Part shown: piece after piece, positions 9,661-19,168 of the stretch
Position numbering within the stretch: position 1 is the stretch's first letter
Layout: each line of letters begins with the position of its first letter
NCBI GenBank assembly: GCA_051251915.1
Contig: JBPOGF010000007.1
Coordinates: forward strand, 64,001-128,000
Length of the DNA stretch: 64,000 nucleotides
Direction: 5' to 3'
Source: Akkermansiaceae bacterium
GTDB lineage: Bacteria > Verrucomicrobiota > Verrucomicrobiia > Verrucomicrobiales > Akkermansiaceae
Program-made: the position numbers and the translations under genes
The notes under the pieces: model-generated
The model's database searches: none
The model's input: the letters and a program-made list of their open reading frames with translations, nothing else
Told to the model about the DNA's origin: nothing

Positions 9661-10287
9661 TTATTCTTCTTTGTCTGAGGTTTGCTCTTCTGGGGAATGT
9701 TGGGGTTTTGCTTCGTTTTCGGCTTTGTTTTCGGTTTGGTTTTCGGCCTGATCTTTTGCTTTTTGTTGTTTTCGGTCGTTTCCGTCGAGGAGTTCTGAGA
9801 CTTCTTTTTGGACGGCTTCTACTTTGTCGAGCGGGATGTTGGGGTCGAGAACGATGTAGATTTCGCCGTTTTTGCGGTGCTCGTAGATGCGTAGGATTCC
9901 GTTGGGGGTTTGTTGTTTATCGGTTTCCTTGAGGAGTTTTTTTCTCTCTAGCATGACGGCTAGGATGTAGCGTGCATTTTCGGTGTGCTCTTGGTCTTCT
10001 TCGATGAGTCTGCTGAGGAGCTCCTCTGCGGATTCTTTTGTTACGACTTCGGATTTAGCTTCGATGACGGATGCTTCATAGGTGTTTTTCCAGAATGAGA
10101 ATGGCTTTTGGAGTTCTTCTGGGCGGTCTTTCCATCCTTCTAGTGAGAAGTCCATGCGGAGGTAGCCGCTGGATTCTGGGTCTGGGAATATGGCGGTGTA
10201 GAATTGTTGTTGATCTACAAATTTTACTTCTGTGATAGCGCACTGGTGGGCGCGTGCTTTGATAGACCAAGCTTCTGGTAGTGCCAT
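9661..10287 (-). CDS. Conserved hypothetical protein
   Basis: Strand-typical codon usage; FSFWK, YILAVMLERKKLLK and DP motifs; downstream of the LptF/G gene. Confidence 0.75.
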   Translation of the reverse strand: MALPEAWSIKARAHQCAITEVKFVDQQQFYTAIFPDPESSGYLRMDFSLEGWKDRPEELQKPFSFWKNTYEASVIEAKSEVVTKESAEELLSRLIEEDQEHTENARYILAVMLERKKLLKETDKQQTPNGILRIYEHRKNGEIYIVLDPNIPLDKVEAVQKEVSELLDGNDRKQQKAKDQAENQTENKAENEAKPQHSPEEQTSDKEE

Positions 10288-10317
10288 GATTTTGAGGTGT
10301 TAGAGTCTGTGAATGGG

Positions 10318-11730
10318 TTACTGACCGTTGGGAATGAGGTTTTTGATGGTCTGGTAAATAGGTTGTCCGGTGATGCGGCGGTAGAAGAGGATGAGGGCGA
10401 TGAATCCGAATAGGATGTTAGTGGCCCAGGCTGCTATGAGTGGTGGAAGGTGGCCGGATTCTCCGAGGGTGGGGAATACGGTGGAGCAGAAGATCATGCC
10501 GGCGCAGAGGAAGATGGCGATGGCGATGCCGCCGCCGACTCCGCGTCTATTGAGCACGATGCCGAGTGGGGCTGCTAGTAGGATGATGATGAGGCAGATG
10601 AATGGCTGTGCGATGCGGTAGTAGAGGTGGGTCTGGTAGGAACGCTTGTCTGAAAGTGGGTTGTCGTGGTGGTTGGCGAGCCAGCTTTTTAGACCTGGGA
10701 TGCCTAGGTATGGGGCTTTGAGTCCTGGGTTGATGATTTGCCAGGGGGTTTCTTTCCAGTCGGTGACGAGGTCGGTCTTGGAGACGGTGACTGGGACGGG
10801 TTGTGGGTTATCAGAATTCACCTCGATGAGGTCGAAGGTGATGGGGTTGTGGAGTGTCCATTGTCGATTTTCCATGGACCAGGTGGCTTGATCTGCGAGG
10901 ATTTTCTGGGTGGCTTTATTGTTGGCGTCGAGTGTGGTGATCTCTATGGACTTTAGGGGTTCTCCTGAGGCATGGGCGAAGGGGAATGAGCCTACTAGCC
11001 AGTGACGGGTGTCTGATCTGTTTTGGAAAGCGACGGATTCAGCGGCGTTTGATGTCTTGCCTTTGGCTTCAGCAAGGATGAGGTCTTCTTGGCTTTCGGC
11101 GTAGGGTGCCCAGTGGTAGTTGAAAATGAGACAAATGATGGTGCAGATTACACCTGCGAAGACGAGTGGTCTGGTGAAGCGGACTACGCCTCTGCCGGTC
11201 TGGATGATGGATACTAGTTCTTGGCTTTTCGACATTTTTCCTAGAGCCCAGAGGAGGGAGAGCATGAGTGAGTATGGGAGAATGAAAACGATGAGCGCCG
11301 GCATCTTGGTAAGGTAGTGCTTGAGCATGATGGAGCCTACTTTATCCGACTGCTGGAAGTCTGAGATGTTGTCCTGGAAATCCTCAAGGAACATGATGAT
11401 GAATAGGGCGCCGAAACAGATGAGGAATGCATTGAAGAAAATCCTGAGTGTGTAGCGATCTAGTCGGTCCATGCAGTAGTAGCCTACGCTACAGATAAAT
11501 GGTAGCGCGCAGAGGGCGCCTAGTAGCCAGATGCGGAGATCGTGGGCTTGGCGGTGTGAGTTAGGGTAGCCAATGAACTGCTCTGCGACAACGGCTTTTT
11601 CGTAAGGGATCAGCACGCATGCTCCTGCTACTCCTATGAGGAGGAGGATGAGAGGAATGAGATACTTTTTGAGGTGAGCTGGCATGAATTCCTGTGAATG
11701 ATCATCTCTAGTGGTGGTTCTTTCAAGCAT
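10318..11730 (-). CDS. LptF/LptG family LPS export permease with an N-terminal membrane extension
   Basis: LDRYTLR, ELVSIIQTG, periplasmic jellyroll region, C-terminal LPPLIAAWATN. Confidence 0.88.
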   Translation of the reverse strand: MLERTTTRDDHSQEFMPAHLKKYLIPLILLLIGVAGACVLIPYEKAVVAEQFIGYPNSHRQAHDLRIWLLGALCALPFICSVGYYCMDRLDRYTLRIFFNAFLICFGALFIIMFLEDFQDNISDFQQSDKVGSIMLKHYLTKMPALIVFILPYSLMLSLLWALGKMSKSQELVSIIQTGRGVVRFTRPLVFAGVICTIICLIFNYHWAPYAESQEDLILAEAKGKTSNAAESVAFQNRSDTRHWLVGSFPFAHASGEPLKSIEITTLDANNKATQKILADQATWSMENRQWTLHNPITFDLIEVNSDNPQPVPVTVSKTDLVTDWKETPWQIINPGLKAPYLGIPGLKSWLANHHDNPLSDKRSYQTHLYYRIAQPFICLIIILLAAPLGIVLNRRGVGGGIAIAIFLCAGMIFCSTVFPTLGESGHLPPLIAAWATNILFGFIALILFYRRITGQPIYQTIKNLIPNGQ

Positions 11731-11837
11731 TTAGATAGAGGAGTTGGTAATTTATAGTAAGTGATGATCTTGTTGGGGCTGGAGTTTACGTTGTGCATTC
11801 GGGTTGTAATCTTAGAAAGTTTACTTATCGTGGCTTT

Positions 11838-12347
11838 ATGCAGGTCACGATAAAGCATCTTTATATTTCAAATGGACACAATTATTTCGGTCGTTATGGG
11901 AAGGGTTCGCTCGCTCATGAGATAGAGGAGCGGAATGGCATAGAGCTGGTTTCGGGTAGTGGGGTCAGGGATGATCGATTTTTTGATTATGAGGAAGATT
12001 ACAAAGGACAGATTACTTTTTTTGATTGGGCTGTGTATGAAAGGGTGAGGGATGAGGTGGTGAAGGGTGATCTGGAGCCGAGTAAGTTTAGGCGTAATGT
12101 GGTATTAGAAGGGGTGGATCTGAATAGGCTGATCGGGAAGCGATTTTCACTGGGAGGGATAGAGTTTACTGGCTCTGGGGAATGTAAGCCGTGTTTCTGG
12201 ATGGATGAGGCGTGTGCAGATGGGGCGTTTGAGTCTCTGAAAGGTAGGGGAGGTCTGCGGGCTAGGATCTTGAATGATGGGGAGTTGAGTGCTGGGAGCT
12301 ATGAATTAGAAATCTTAGGGGATGTTATTGAAAATGAAGAAGTCTGA
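11838..12347 (+). CDS. MOSC domain-containing protein
   Basis: DRFF, QITFF, FRRNVV, CKPC, GRGGLRARIL; start moved to ATG 11838. Confidence 0.88.
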   Translation: MQVTIKHLYISNGHNYFGRYGKGSLAHEIEERNGIELVSGSGVRDDRFFDYEEDYKGQITFFDWAVYERVRDEVVKGDLEPSKFRRNVVLEGVDLNRLIGKRFSLGGIEFTGSGECKPCFWMDEACADGAFESLKGRGGLRARILNDGELSAGSYELEILGDVIENEEV

Positions 12348-13137
12348 GTCAGTAGAGATTATCAAGCTGCGTGGAGGTGAGGCGGAGGAGATGGTAGACT
12401 TGGTGGCTGTGGAGGAGCCGCTACAGATCACTGTGGATGGAGTTCCTATCGCGGTGGTGATGCGGACGGTGGGGGATGATGCGGATCTGGTGATGGGGTT
12501 TCTCATGACTGAGGGGATTATTGATGATGTGGGTGCTGTTAGACGGATTGATTTAGAGCAGAAGCAGAACCATGCGCTGGTTTTTCTGGAGGATGATGTG
12601 CAGGTGGATCTGGCTAGGTTGCAGAGGAATCTTTATAGTGCGAGTAGCTGTGGGATCTGTGGTAAGGCGAGTATTGATGAGGTGTTTTTGCAGATCAAAG
12701 TGACTGAGGGTGCTAGTGCTGGGGGTAAGTTTTCTATTAGCAGGGAGGCTCTAGTAGAGGCGCCTAGTAGGCTGAAGGATTCGCAGGATGTGTTTGAGCA
12801 GACTGGGGGATTGCATGCTGCTGGGTTGTTTAATGGGGATGGGGAGTTGTTGATTATCCGGGAGGATGTGGGGCGGCATAATGCGATAGATAAGGTGATA
12901 GGGCAGGCGTTGGTGAGTGGGGTGGATTTGAGGCAAGTGGCGTTGCAACTATCTGGGCGAGTGTCGTTTGAGGTAGTGCAGAAGGCTTTGATGGTGGGGA
13001 TCCCGTTGGTGTCAGCGATTTCAGCGCCTACTTCATTGGCGATAGATTTTGCGAAGCGTGGAGATCTTACTTTGGTAGGGTTTATGCGTGGTGAGAGGAT
13101 GAATATTTATTCTGGGGCTGATAGAATCAATTGGTAG
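12334..13137 (+). CDS. fdhD: Formate dehydrogenase accessory sulfurtransferase FdhD
   Basis: VEEPL, MRT, SSCGICG, TGGLHAA, REDVGRHNAIDK, SAPTSLA. Confidence 0.95.
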   Translation: MKKSESVEIIKLRGGEAEEMVDLVAVEEPLQITVDGVPIAVVMRTVGDDADLVMGFLMTEGIIDDVGAVRRIDLEQKQNHALVFLEDDVQVDLARLQRNLYSASSCGICGKASIDEVFLQIKVTEGASAGGKFSISREALVEAPSRLKDSQDVFEQTGGLHAAGLFNGDGELLIIREDVGRHNAIDKVIGQALVSGVDLRQVALQLSGRVSFEVVQKALMVGIPLVSAISAPTSLAIDFAKRGDLTLVGFMRGERMNIYSGADRINW

Positions 13138-13236
13138 TGTGGGGTGAATGGTATGTTCTGGTGATTGATCTGTTGATTTCAAAAAAAGCAAAGATACTGA
13201 GGTGACAAGCTAAAGAAAATAGGGCAGACATCTAGT

Positions 13237-14271
13237 GTGCAACTTACTATACAAGAAATAATTGATCTCACAGGAGCCAAGCTCGTGCAGGGAGGGGCAG
13301 ACCACAATGTCTCAGGAGTGGCGTCATTAGATGAAGCAGGTAACGATGAAGTCTCATTTCTAGGGAATGAGAAATATTTTCAAGATTTTCTCACTACTCA
13401 AGCTGGTGTGGTTTTGGTGCCGGGGAATTTACCTCAGCGGCCAGAAAATACTATTTTACTCGAAATTGAAAATCCGTCTTATGCTTTTGCAGCAGTGGTG
13501 AAGGTGTTGGCGACTAAGCAGAGAACTGTTAGCTACGGAATTCATCCTAGTGCGGTGATAGCAGATGATGTGGTGATCAATCCTGAGAAGGTATCGATCA
13601 AGCCAGGTGTGATCATTGAGTCAGGATGTAGTATTGGTGATGGCACGGAGATTGGTTCTGGTGTGGTGATTTGTGAAGGGAGCAAAGTGGGGGAGGATTG
13701 TTTATTTTATCCTAATGTTACGGTGCGTGAGCATTGTCAGATTGGTGATCGCGTGATCCTTCAGCCGGGTTGTGTGATTGGTTCTGATGGCTATGGTTAC
13801 GAGCTTGTGGATGGTAGGCATACGAAGGTGGATCAAGTCGGGATCGTAGTTTTAGAGGATGATGTGGAAATAGGTGCGAATACCGCGATAGATCGCGCTC
13901 GATTTGGGAAAACGATCATCGGTGAAGGCACGAAGGTGGATAATTTAGTCCAAATAGCGCATAATGTGCAGACTGAGAAGCATTGTCTTATTGTCTCCCA
14001 GAGTGGGTTGGCTGGAAGTTCTAAGCTCGGGAATTATGTCACTGTTGCAGCTCAGGCTGGAGTGGGTGGGCATATTAAAATAGGAGATAAAGCGATTCTT
14101 GCTGGTAGAGCGGGAGCTACGAAGTCACTCCCTGGTGATGCTGTTTATTCTGGTTTTCCAGCAAGACCGATGCGTGAAGAGACTAGGAAGCAAGGTTCAC
14201 TGAGTAAGCTGCCTCAACTGATCAAGGATGTGAGGCAGATGAAGCAACAACTTGAGGAGGGGGGCAGCTAG
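13237..14271 (+). CDS. lpxD: UDP-3-O-(3-hydroxyacyl)glucosamine N-acyltransferase
   Basis: Hexapeptide repeats; IGSDGYGY, EIGANTAIDR, KVDNLVQIAHNV. Confidence 0.96.
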   Translation: MQLTIQEIIDLTGAKLVQGGADHNVSGVASLDEAGNDEVSFLGNEKYFQDFLTTQAGVVLVPGNLPQRPENTILLEIENPSYAFAAVVKVLATKQRTVSYGIHPSAVIADDVVINPEKVSIKPGVIIESGCSIGDGTEIGSGVVICEGSKVGEDCLFYPNVTVREHCQIGDRVILQPGCVIGSDGYGYELVDGRHTKVDQVGIVVLEDDVEIGANTAIDRARFGKTIIGEGTKVDNLVQIAHNVQTEKHCLIVSQSGLAGSSKLGNYVTVAAQAGVGGHIKIGDKAILAGRAGATKSLPGDAVYSGFPARPMREETRKQGSLSKLPQLIKDVRQMKQQLEEGGS

Positions 14272-14354
14272 GCTAGTCCTTTAGTTCCCTTGGGATGGGG
14301 CTATTAATGGTATTTCTAGTTGCAATCTCATATTACCAAGAGTAAGAACCATTC

Positions 14355-14789
14355 ATGAGCATGATCTTAGAAGAATCAGCAGTAACCGCAAAAACAAAAG
14401 AGCTATGTGCTACAATTGTTGAGCAGGAATCATTCGTAAAACTACAATCTCAAGTAGAGGCATTTCTTAATAACGACGAGGCAAGACTACAATACCAGTC
14501 CGTCCACGAAAGTGGTGATGCCCTTAATCAGAAACAACGTTCAGGCGTAGAACTCAGCGATTCAGAAATTACTGAATTCGAGCAAGCGCGTGAGCAACTA
14601 CTCCAAAACTCAGTTGTGACTGACTTTATGTCAGCCCAAAAAGAACTTCAAGAAATCCAAAATACCGTTGGTAAAATGGTGAGCTTGACTCTTGAGCTAG
14701 GACGCGTCCCTACAGCGGACGACATCGAAACTGCCAGCAGTGGTGGTGGATGTTGCGGTGGTGGTGGCGGTGGCGGCTGCGGTTGCTAG
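14355..14789 (+). CDS. YlbF/YmcA (RicA/RicF-like) family protein with Cys/Gly-rich tail
   Basis: Helical Q/E-rich body; C-terminus GGGCCGGGGGGGCGC. Confidence 0.8.
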   Translation: MSMILEESAVTAKTKELCATIVEQESFVKLQSQVEAFLNNDEARLQYQSVHESGDALNQKQRSGVELSDSEITEFEQAREQLLQNSVVTDFMSAQKELQEIQNTVGKMVSLTLELGRVPTADDIETASSGGGCCGGGGGGGCGC

Positions 14790-14824
14790 TTTAGCTGGTC
14801 AAATAAATAAAAATATGAATAATG

Positions 14825-14850
14825 TTGCGAGCTACCTAGGTAGCTCGCAA
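14825..14850. repeat. Perfect 26-bp palindrome between the YlbF-like gene and the next gene
   Basis: TTGCGAGCTACCTAGGTAGCTCGCAA is self-complementary. Confidence 0.8.
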
Positions 14851-14882
14851 TTACTGTACAGGCTGAGCAATCACAGAAAATT

Positions 14883-16529
14883 ATGGACCCTGAACTAGAA
14901 ACACTCGAAGCATCATTTAATACTAGGATTGAGCAATGGATTTCCAAACAAGGCCTGTTGTTCCAGTTTACTCATGATACTGGCTCGGGTTCTATGTTTC
15001 CGAAGATTTGTGGGCTGTTGTTCAGGCTGCTTATCCTAGTTCTTATTGGGGTAGGACTATTTTGGTTTTATCTTACTAACAGACCGCATTCAGAAGCATT
15101 CAAGCTAGACGTTGAGCAGCAGATTGCAAAAGGCTTGAATGCTAGGGAAGTAGAAATTTCTAATATAAGTAGAGCCAAAGGTGGGATGCTGACTGGTGAA
15201 ATGCTACTTTCCGCACTTGCGCTAGGTGAGACGAAGAATTCCTTTTTTGAAGATTGGCATGTGAAAGAAGAGGATGTGTCTGTGGTGGGACGTAGATCAA
15301 TCGTTGATAGAACTAAGACTGCTACGTTTCAGGGAGTGAACCTATCTCCACTTGGTATAGGTGATAACTATTTCTCGGGCTGGAGCGCTAAAGAAATCAG
15401 TATCTTAAAAATGGAGCTTAAGCTGAAGACTGGCGATGTTTCAGATGATCAAGCTATGGCTGCCTACTCGACTCTTTTTAGAGATCATGATACACTGAAG
15501 ATTGATGCTATTCAGGTTTTTGATGCCACTATACTCTGGGGCCACTCCGAAACGACAGCGGGGGCTATCAAAGGTGCACAGCTCGATATTACGAAGGGTT
15601 TGGACACATGGGAAATTAATATTACTGGAGGAACATTTTCACATAGCTGGCTACAAAATGCAGAGATCGAACAGATGAGGGTACTTTGTCACCGGTCTGG
15701 AGAGGTGAATATCGAATCAGCTTCACTCAAGCTCGGTGAAGGGACGCTTCGCTTGAATGCTTCAATCCAAGTGAAAGCGCAGCCTGAACTTAAGGGGAGC
15801 TACAGTTTTGAAGATGTTGAGGTGACGGATCTTATTGGTCACAGCTACGAAGACTGGCTTGACGGAAACATTGATGGATCTGGTGAGGTAACGGGTAAGT
15901 TGAACTCAGCTAAAGGTCTCACTGTGACAACAGCGATTAATTTAACAGGGAAGACGAAGTCGATAGCAGATACTGATACATCGTCTAAAGTGCTTGATGG
16001 TAAGAAGGACAGTGTAATTATTATCAGAGGGGATAATTTCCAGTTGCTTAAGCTGATGCAGATGAAAGATCCTAGAAATAGTTATTCTCTACTCCGAGCC
16101 CATAAAGGCACGGTAATTGTTGAAAACCAGGGTTCAAACACACAAGTAACTATTAAAGATGTGCGATGTGGTCAAAACGATCTTATTCTTATGAAAGGAC
16201 AATTCGATTATTCGATGGGAGCTGCTGAGTCTAAGGATGAAATTATTGATGCATCAAGCCTAACACTGACAGAATCGGAAGAGAATCCTGCCGGAAATCG
16301 CAGAGAGGAAGCAGTTTCAGACTTAGTAAGAGCTTTTTCAGGCAGTATTGAGCTAGGCTTGATCCCTGAGGTGTTTGAGAACAACATAAAAGTGTTAGAT
16401 GTCTATCCTGTGGACAATTCGACGCTGAGAGTGTGGTTTGACATTAAGCTTAAGGGACAACTGGAAGAGCTTACTGAAGAATTAGCGGACAAGCTTTACG
16501 ACATTATGAAAGAGGCTGAAAATAATTAG
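14883..16529 (+). CDS. Membrane-anchored hypothetical protein, possibly AsmA-like
   Basis: Single N-terminal TM followed by a long beta-strand-rich periplasmic region. Confidence 0.6.
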   Translation: MDPELETLEASFNTRIEQWISKQGLLFQFTHDTGSGSMFPKICGLLFRLLILVLIGVGLFWFYLTNRPHSEAFKLDVEQQIAKGLNAREVEISNISRAKGGMLTGEMLLSALALGETKNSFFEDWHVKEEDVSVVGRRSIVDRTKTATFQGVNLSPLGIGDNYFSGWSAKEISILKMELKLKTGDVSDDQAMAAYSTLFRDHDTLKIDAIQVFDATILWGHSETTAGAIKGAQLDITKGLDTWEINITGGTFSHSWLQNAEIEQMRVLCHRSGEVNIESASLKLGEGTLRLNASIQVKAQPELKGSYSFEDVEVTDLIGHSYEDWLDGNIDGSGEVTGKLNSAKGLTVTTAINLTGKTKSIADTDTSSKVLDGKKDSVIIIRGDNFQLLKLMQMKDPRNSYSLLRAHKGTVIVENQGSNTQVTIKDVRCGQNDLILMKGQFDYSMGAAESKDEIIDASSLTLTESEENPAGNRREEAVSDLVRAFSGSIELGLIPEVFENNIKVLDVYPVDNSTLRVWFDIKLKGQLEELTEELADKLYDIMKEAENN

Positions 16530-16548
16530 AATTAGATGCAGAAAGTTC

Positions 16549-16577
16549 TTGCGGAATTGGGAAGACTGGCATAGGTT
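16549..16577 (+). promoter_or_regulatory. Sigma-70 type promoter of tRNA-fMet
   Basis: TTGCGG-17 bp-TAGGTT followed by a GC-rich discriminator GCCGCCC. Confidence 0.6.
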
Positions 16578-16641
16578 GCCGCCCGAGTCAGCAAGCAACA
16601 AGCAGTAAGCAGCAGACTTAAGCGACTAACAACTTTTTAAT

Positions 16642-16718
<77 letters not shown>

Positions 16719-16723
16719 ATCTA

Positions 16724-16760
16724 AAAGTCTCACTTTCAAACGAAAGTGAGGCTTTTTGTT
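16724..16760 (+). terminator. Rho-independent terminator after the tRNA
   Basis: aaagtctcactttc-aaac-gaaagtgaggcttt followed by a T-tract. Confidence 0.85.
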
Positions 16761-16961
16761 TGTGATTATGTTAGCAACGCTGAGTTGAGTGTTCTAGATT
16801 ACAGTGAGTAGTTAGTAAGGACTTCGCGAGGTAATGGCTGAACCTGTCGTCTAATGAATAAGCTCCTAGCTCTGAATGAATAAATCCTGTATTGGAGAGG
16901 GGAGCATCAGATATAAAGATCAAAGGTCTTTAGCTTTTGTGCTTGTAGGCAAGTCTAGACG

Positions 16962-17121
16962 TAGACCCATTTCCAAAAGTCTGTTCGCCTATCTCTAGAT
17001 AAGAATTTCCAATCTCTGCGTTACTCTTCGACGGAGATGCCTACACCACAATCTCATCGCGCCTTGTTCTAGAAAATTCATCTGCCGAATCTAACCGAAC
17101 GAACTTTTGGAAAAGGGTCTA
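16962..17121. mobile_element. 160-bp ERIC/RPE-like miniature inverted-repeat element
   Basis: TA-bounded 26-bp terminal inverted repeats (tagacccatttccaaaagtctgttcg / cgaacgaacttttggaaaagggtcta, 23/26 match); internal CTGCGTT...GCCTTG core. Confidence 0.8.
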
Positions 17122-17249
17122 AGTGTGTCAGGCTGGGTGGGAGATGGGGCCTGATAGGTTGAAACGCTACTTGATTATGCAATCAATGCATAGCAGAGGA
17201 ACCGTAGAGCAGGTGATCCGATTGCTAGGTGTTACGTGTATTGGTCAGA

Positions 17250-18038
17250 CTAGCCTATCCAATTTAGCTTTTGGGCGATGGAGAAGAAGTCCATGGCCAT
17301 GGCTAGGGCGACGTGGAGGACTACGGCTCCCCAGATGGATTTGGTTCTGGCTGCTATCCAGCAGAAGATGATGCCTCCTATGATGGCGAAGATTGTCTCA
17401 GGGAATGGTTTGCCAAAATGGAGCATGCAGTAGGGGACCATGGAGACAAAGAAGGCTGAGTCACCCATTTTAGGGCGCAGAGAGAAGAGCAGGTAGCCTC
17501 GGAAGAAGAATTCTAGGGCAAAGAAGCGAAATGCTCTACCAACCCAGAATAGGGCGTATAGGTCCGGTGCTTCTTGAAAGTATTTGTAGTAGGGGTATTT
17601 ATTTTGGAAGCTTTGCTGAAAAGAGGCGAAGTATGCGAGAATGATTACGATAACAAGCATGACGCCATAGATCCAGAGGTGAGAATAACTGGTCGGGAGT
17701 CGGAGCCCATAGTCTCTGAGTTTTTCTTTCCTGCACCTGATAATGATCCACGGGATAATAAAGTAGATAGTAACGCCGAAGACTACCCAATAGAGTTTAG
17801 CTGCGAAGGTGATTTTCTCGACAGTTCCAAAGCTGTAGAAGAAATCTTTGAAGTATTGGATACTATGGTTCGTCTTGCCGTAGTAGGTCAGCAAGGTCAT
17901 GATGAGAGCTGTGTAGGTGAGAGCTATCCAGACTTTAGCATCTACTTGTGGAAGGGTGAGCTTAGAGTGCTCAGGGGCAGGATCTGGCTCGGTAGGTGGA
18001 CTTTTGGAGTTAGGGGTTTTGTAAGGTGAGGATTCCAT
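17250..18038 (-). CDS. CPBP (Abi/Rce1-like) glutamic intramembrane protease
   Basis: Multi-TM; LEFFFRG, HFGKP, GAVVLH motifs; starts 2 bp after the permease stop. Confidence 0.88.
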   Translation of the reverse strand: MESSPYKTPNSKSPPTEPDPAPEHSKLTLPQVDAKVWIALTYTALIMTLLTYYGKTNHSIQYFKDFFYSFGTVEKITFAAKLYWVVFGVTIYFIIPWIIIRCRKEKLRDYGLRLPTSYSHLWIYGVMLVIVIILAYFASFQQSFQNKYPYYKYFQEAPDLYALFWVGRAFRFFALEFFFRGYLLFSLRPKMGDSAFFVSMVPYCMLHFGKPFPETIFAIIGGIIFCWIAARTKSIWGAVVLHVALAMAMDFFSIAQKLNWIG

Positions 18039-18040
18039 GA

Positions 18041-19168
18041 TTATTCTAAGATGTTACCTACTTGTTTTCTTAATGCCCAGAATACTGGAATAGAGCTGAT
18101 GAGAACTCCTATGTTAGCTGCGGCGATAGTCCACATAGTTTCTTGTCCCCAGTATAGAGCATTAATGTCTGTAGTGGCTTTTACTCTAAGGGCCTTAAAA
18201 ATAGTATCATGGTAGAGTGAAAGAAGGTGAATGAGACCTAGCGTGACTAAATTAACGATGAGAATGTTTTCTATGATTGAACGTAAACCTAAGAGGAAGC
18301 TAGATACGCCAAAGCTCTTCAACAACGCTGCAATGTACATACTCTGCCTGAACTCTAAAATGGAGAGAACTCCGTAGATGAGAGCTAAGGCACCTCCTAA
18401 AATAAGTGCTAGCCAAAATTTCATGGAGTTCTGTTGAGATTCCAGTTTTTCTAATTTCTTCTTAATTAGATCTGCACTTTTAATGTCTATTTTTCCATTG
18501 CCATCAGCTCTGGCTACACGCTGGATGGACTCGGTAATATCTGCTATTTCTGGAGCGTCTGCATCTCGCTGAAGGTAGTAAATTAGTGAATAGCCTCGCT
18601 CTTCGAGCTCAGGAATTCTATTTGATGGCACAAAGAGAGTATCTCCCTGTATAAGCTGGAGTAGTTTTTCCTCTGGTTTGAGAGCCACTGCTGTGAAGCT
18701 ATGATCAGATATGGTGTAGTCCACGGCGATACCTTGAGGGATGTCAGTGGATAGAACAAAGATTTCATGACCATATTTTAGGTAAGGGAGCAGTCCGCGA
18801 ATGTCAGCGTCAGTATAGCCAACTACAGCAGCATTTTTCCCGTTACTGCCATTGGCTGAAGCCAGCATTTTACGAGCGGTGAAGAGTTGACCATGGCGCT
18901 GAATGCTACGGAACCTGTCAGAAGATAGTCCTGCTCCTCGATCAAAGGGGGTAATCGTCTCTATCACTAGCATATTATCTAGTCCAAAGCTTTCCACTTC
19001 TGACCGTAGCCGTTCTATCTGCATACGGAAGCCAACCAGTAATAATACTGATAAGCACACCATGATGATGGTGACGACAGAGCGAGCGAGTATGCTACCT
19101 GGTTGTTCCAGCCAGCGCTTCCAAGTGTCCTTCCATAGGTAGGAAGCGGTTAAAATCCAAGATATCAT
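18041..19168 (-). CDS. ABC transporter permease (MacB/FtsX-like topology), divergent
   Basis: N-terminal TM, large periplasmic loop, three C-terminal TMs with ALLKSFG. Confidence 0.8.
   Translation of the reverse strand: MISWILTASYLWKDTWKRWLEQPGSILARSVVTIIMVCLSVLLLVGFRMQIERLRSEVESFGLDNMLVIETITPFDRGAGLSSDRFRSIQRHGQLFTARKMLASANGSNGKNAAVVGYTDADIRGLLPYLKYGHEIFVLSTDIPQGIAVDYTISDHSFTAVALKPEEKLLQLIQGDTLFVPSNRIPELEERGYSLIYYLQRDADAPEIADITESIQRVARADGNGKIDIKSADLIKKKLEKLESQQNSMKFWLALILGGALALIYGVLSILEFRQSMYIAALLKSFGVSSFLLGLRSIIENILIVNLVTLGLIHLLSLYHDTIFKALRVKATTDINALYWGQETMWTIAAANIGVLISSIPVFWALRKQVGNILE

Noticed and set aside
17123..18029. + strand ORFs 17123-17371 and 17574-18029
   Set aside because: Antisense to the CPBP protease gene; no independent support.
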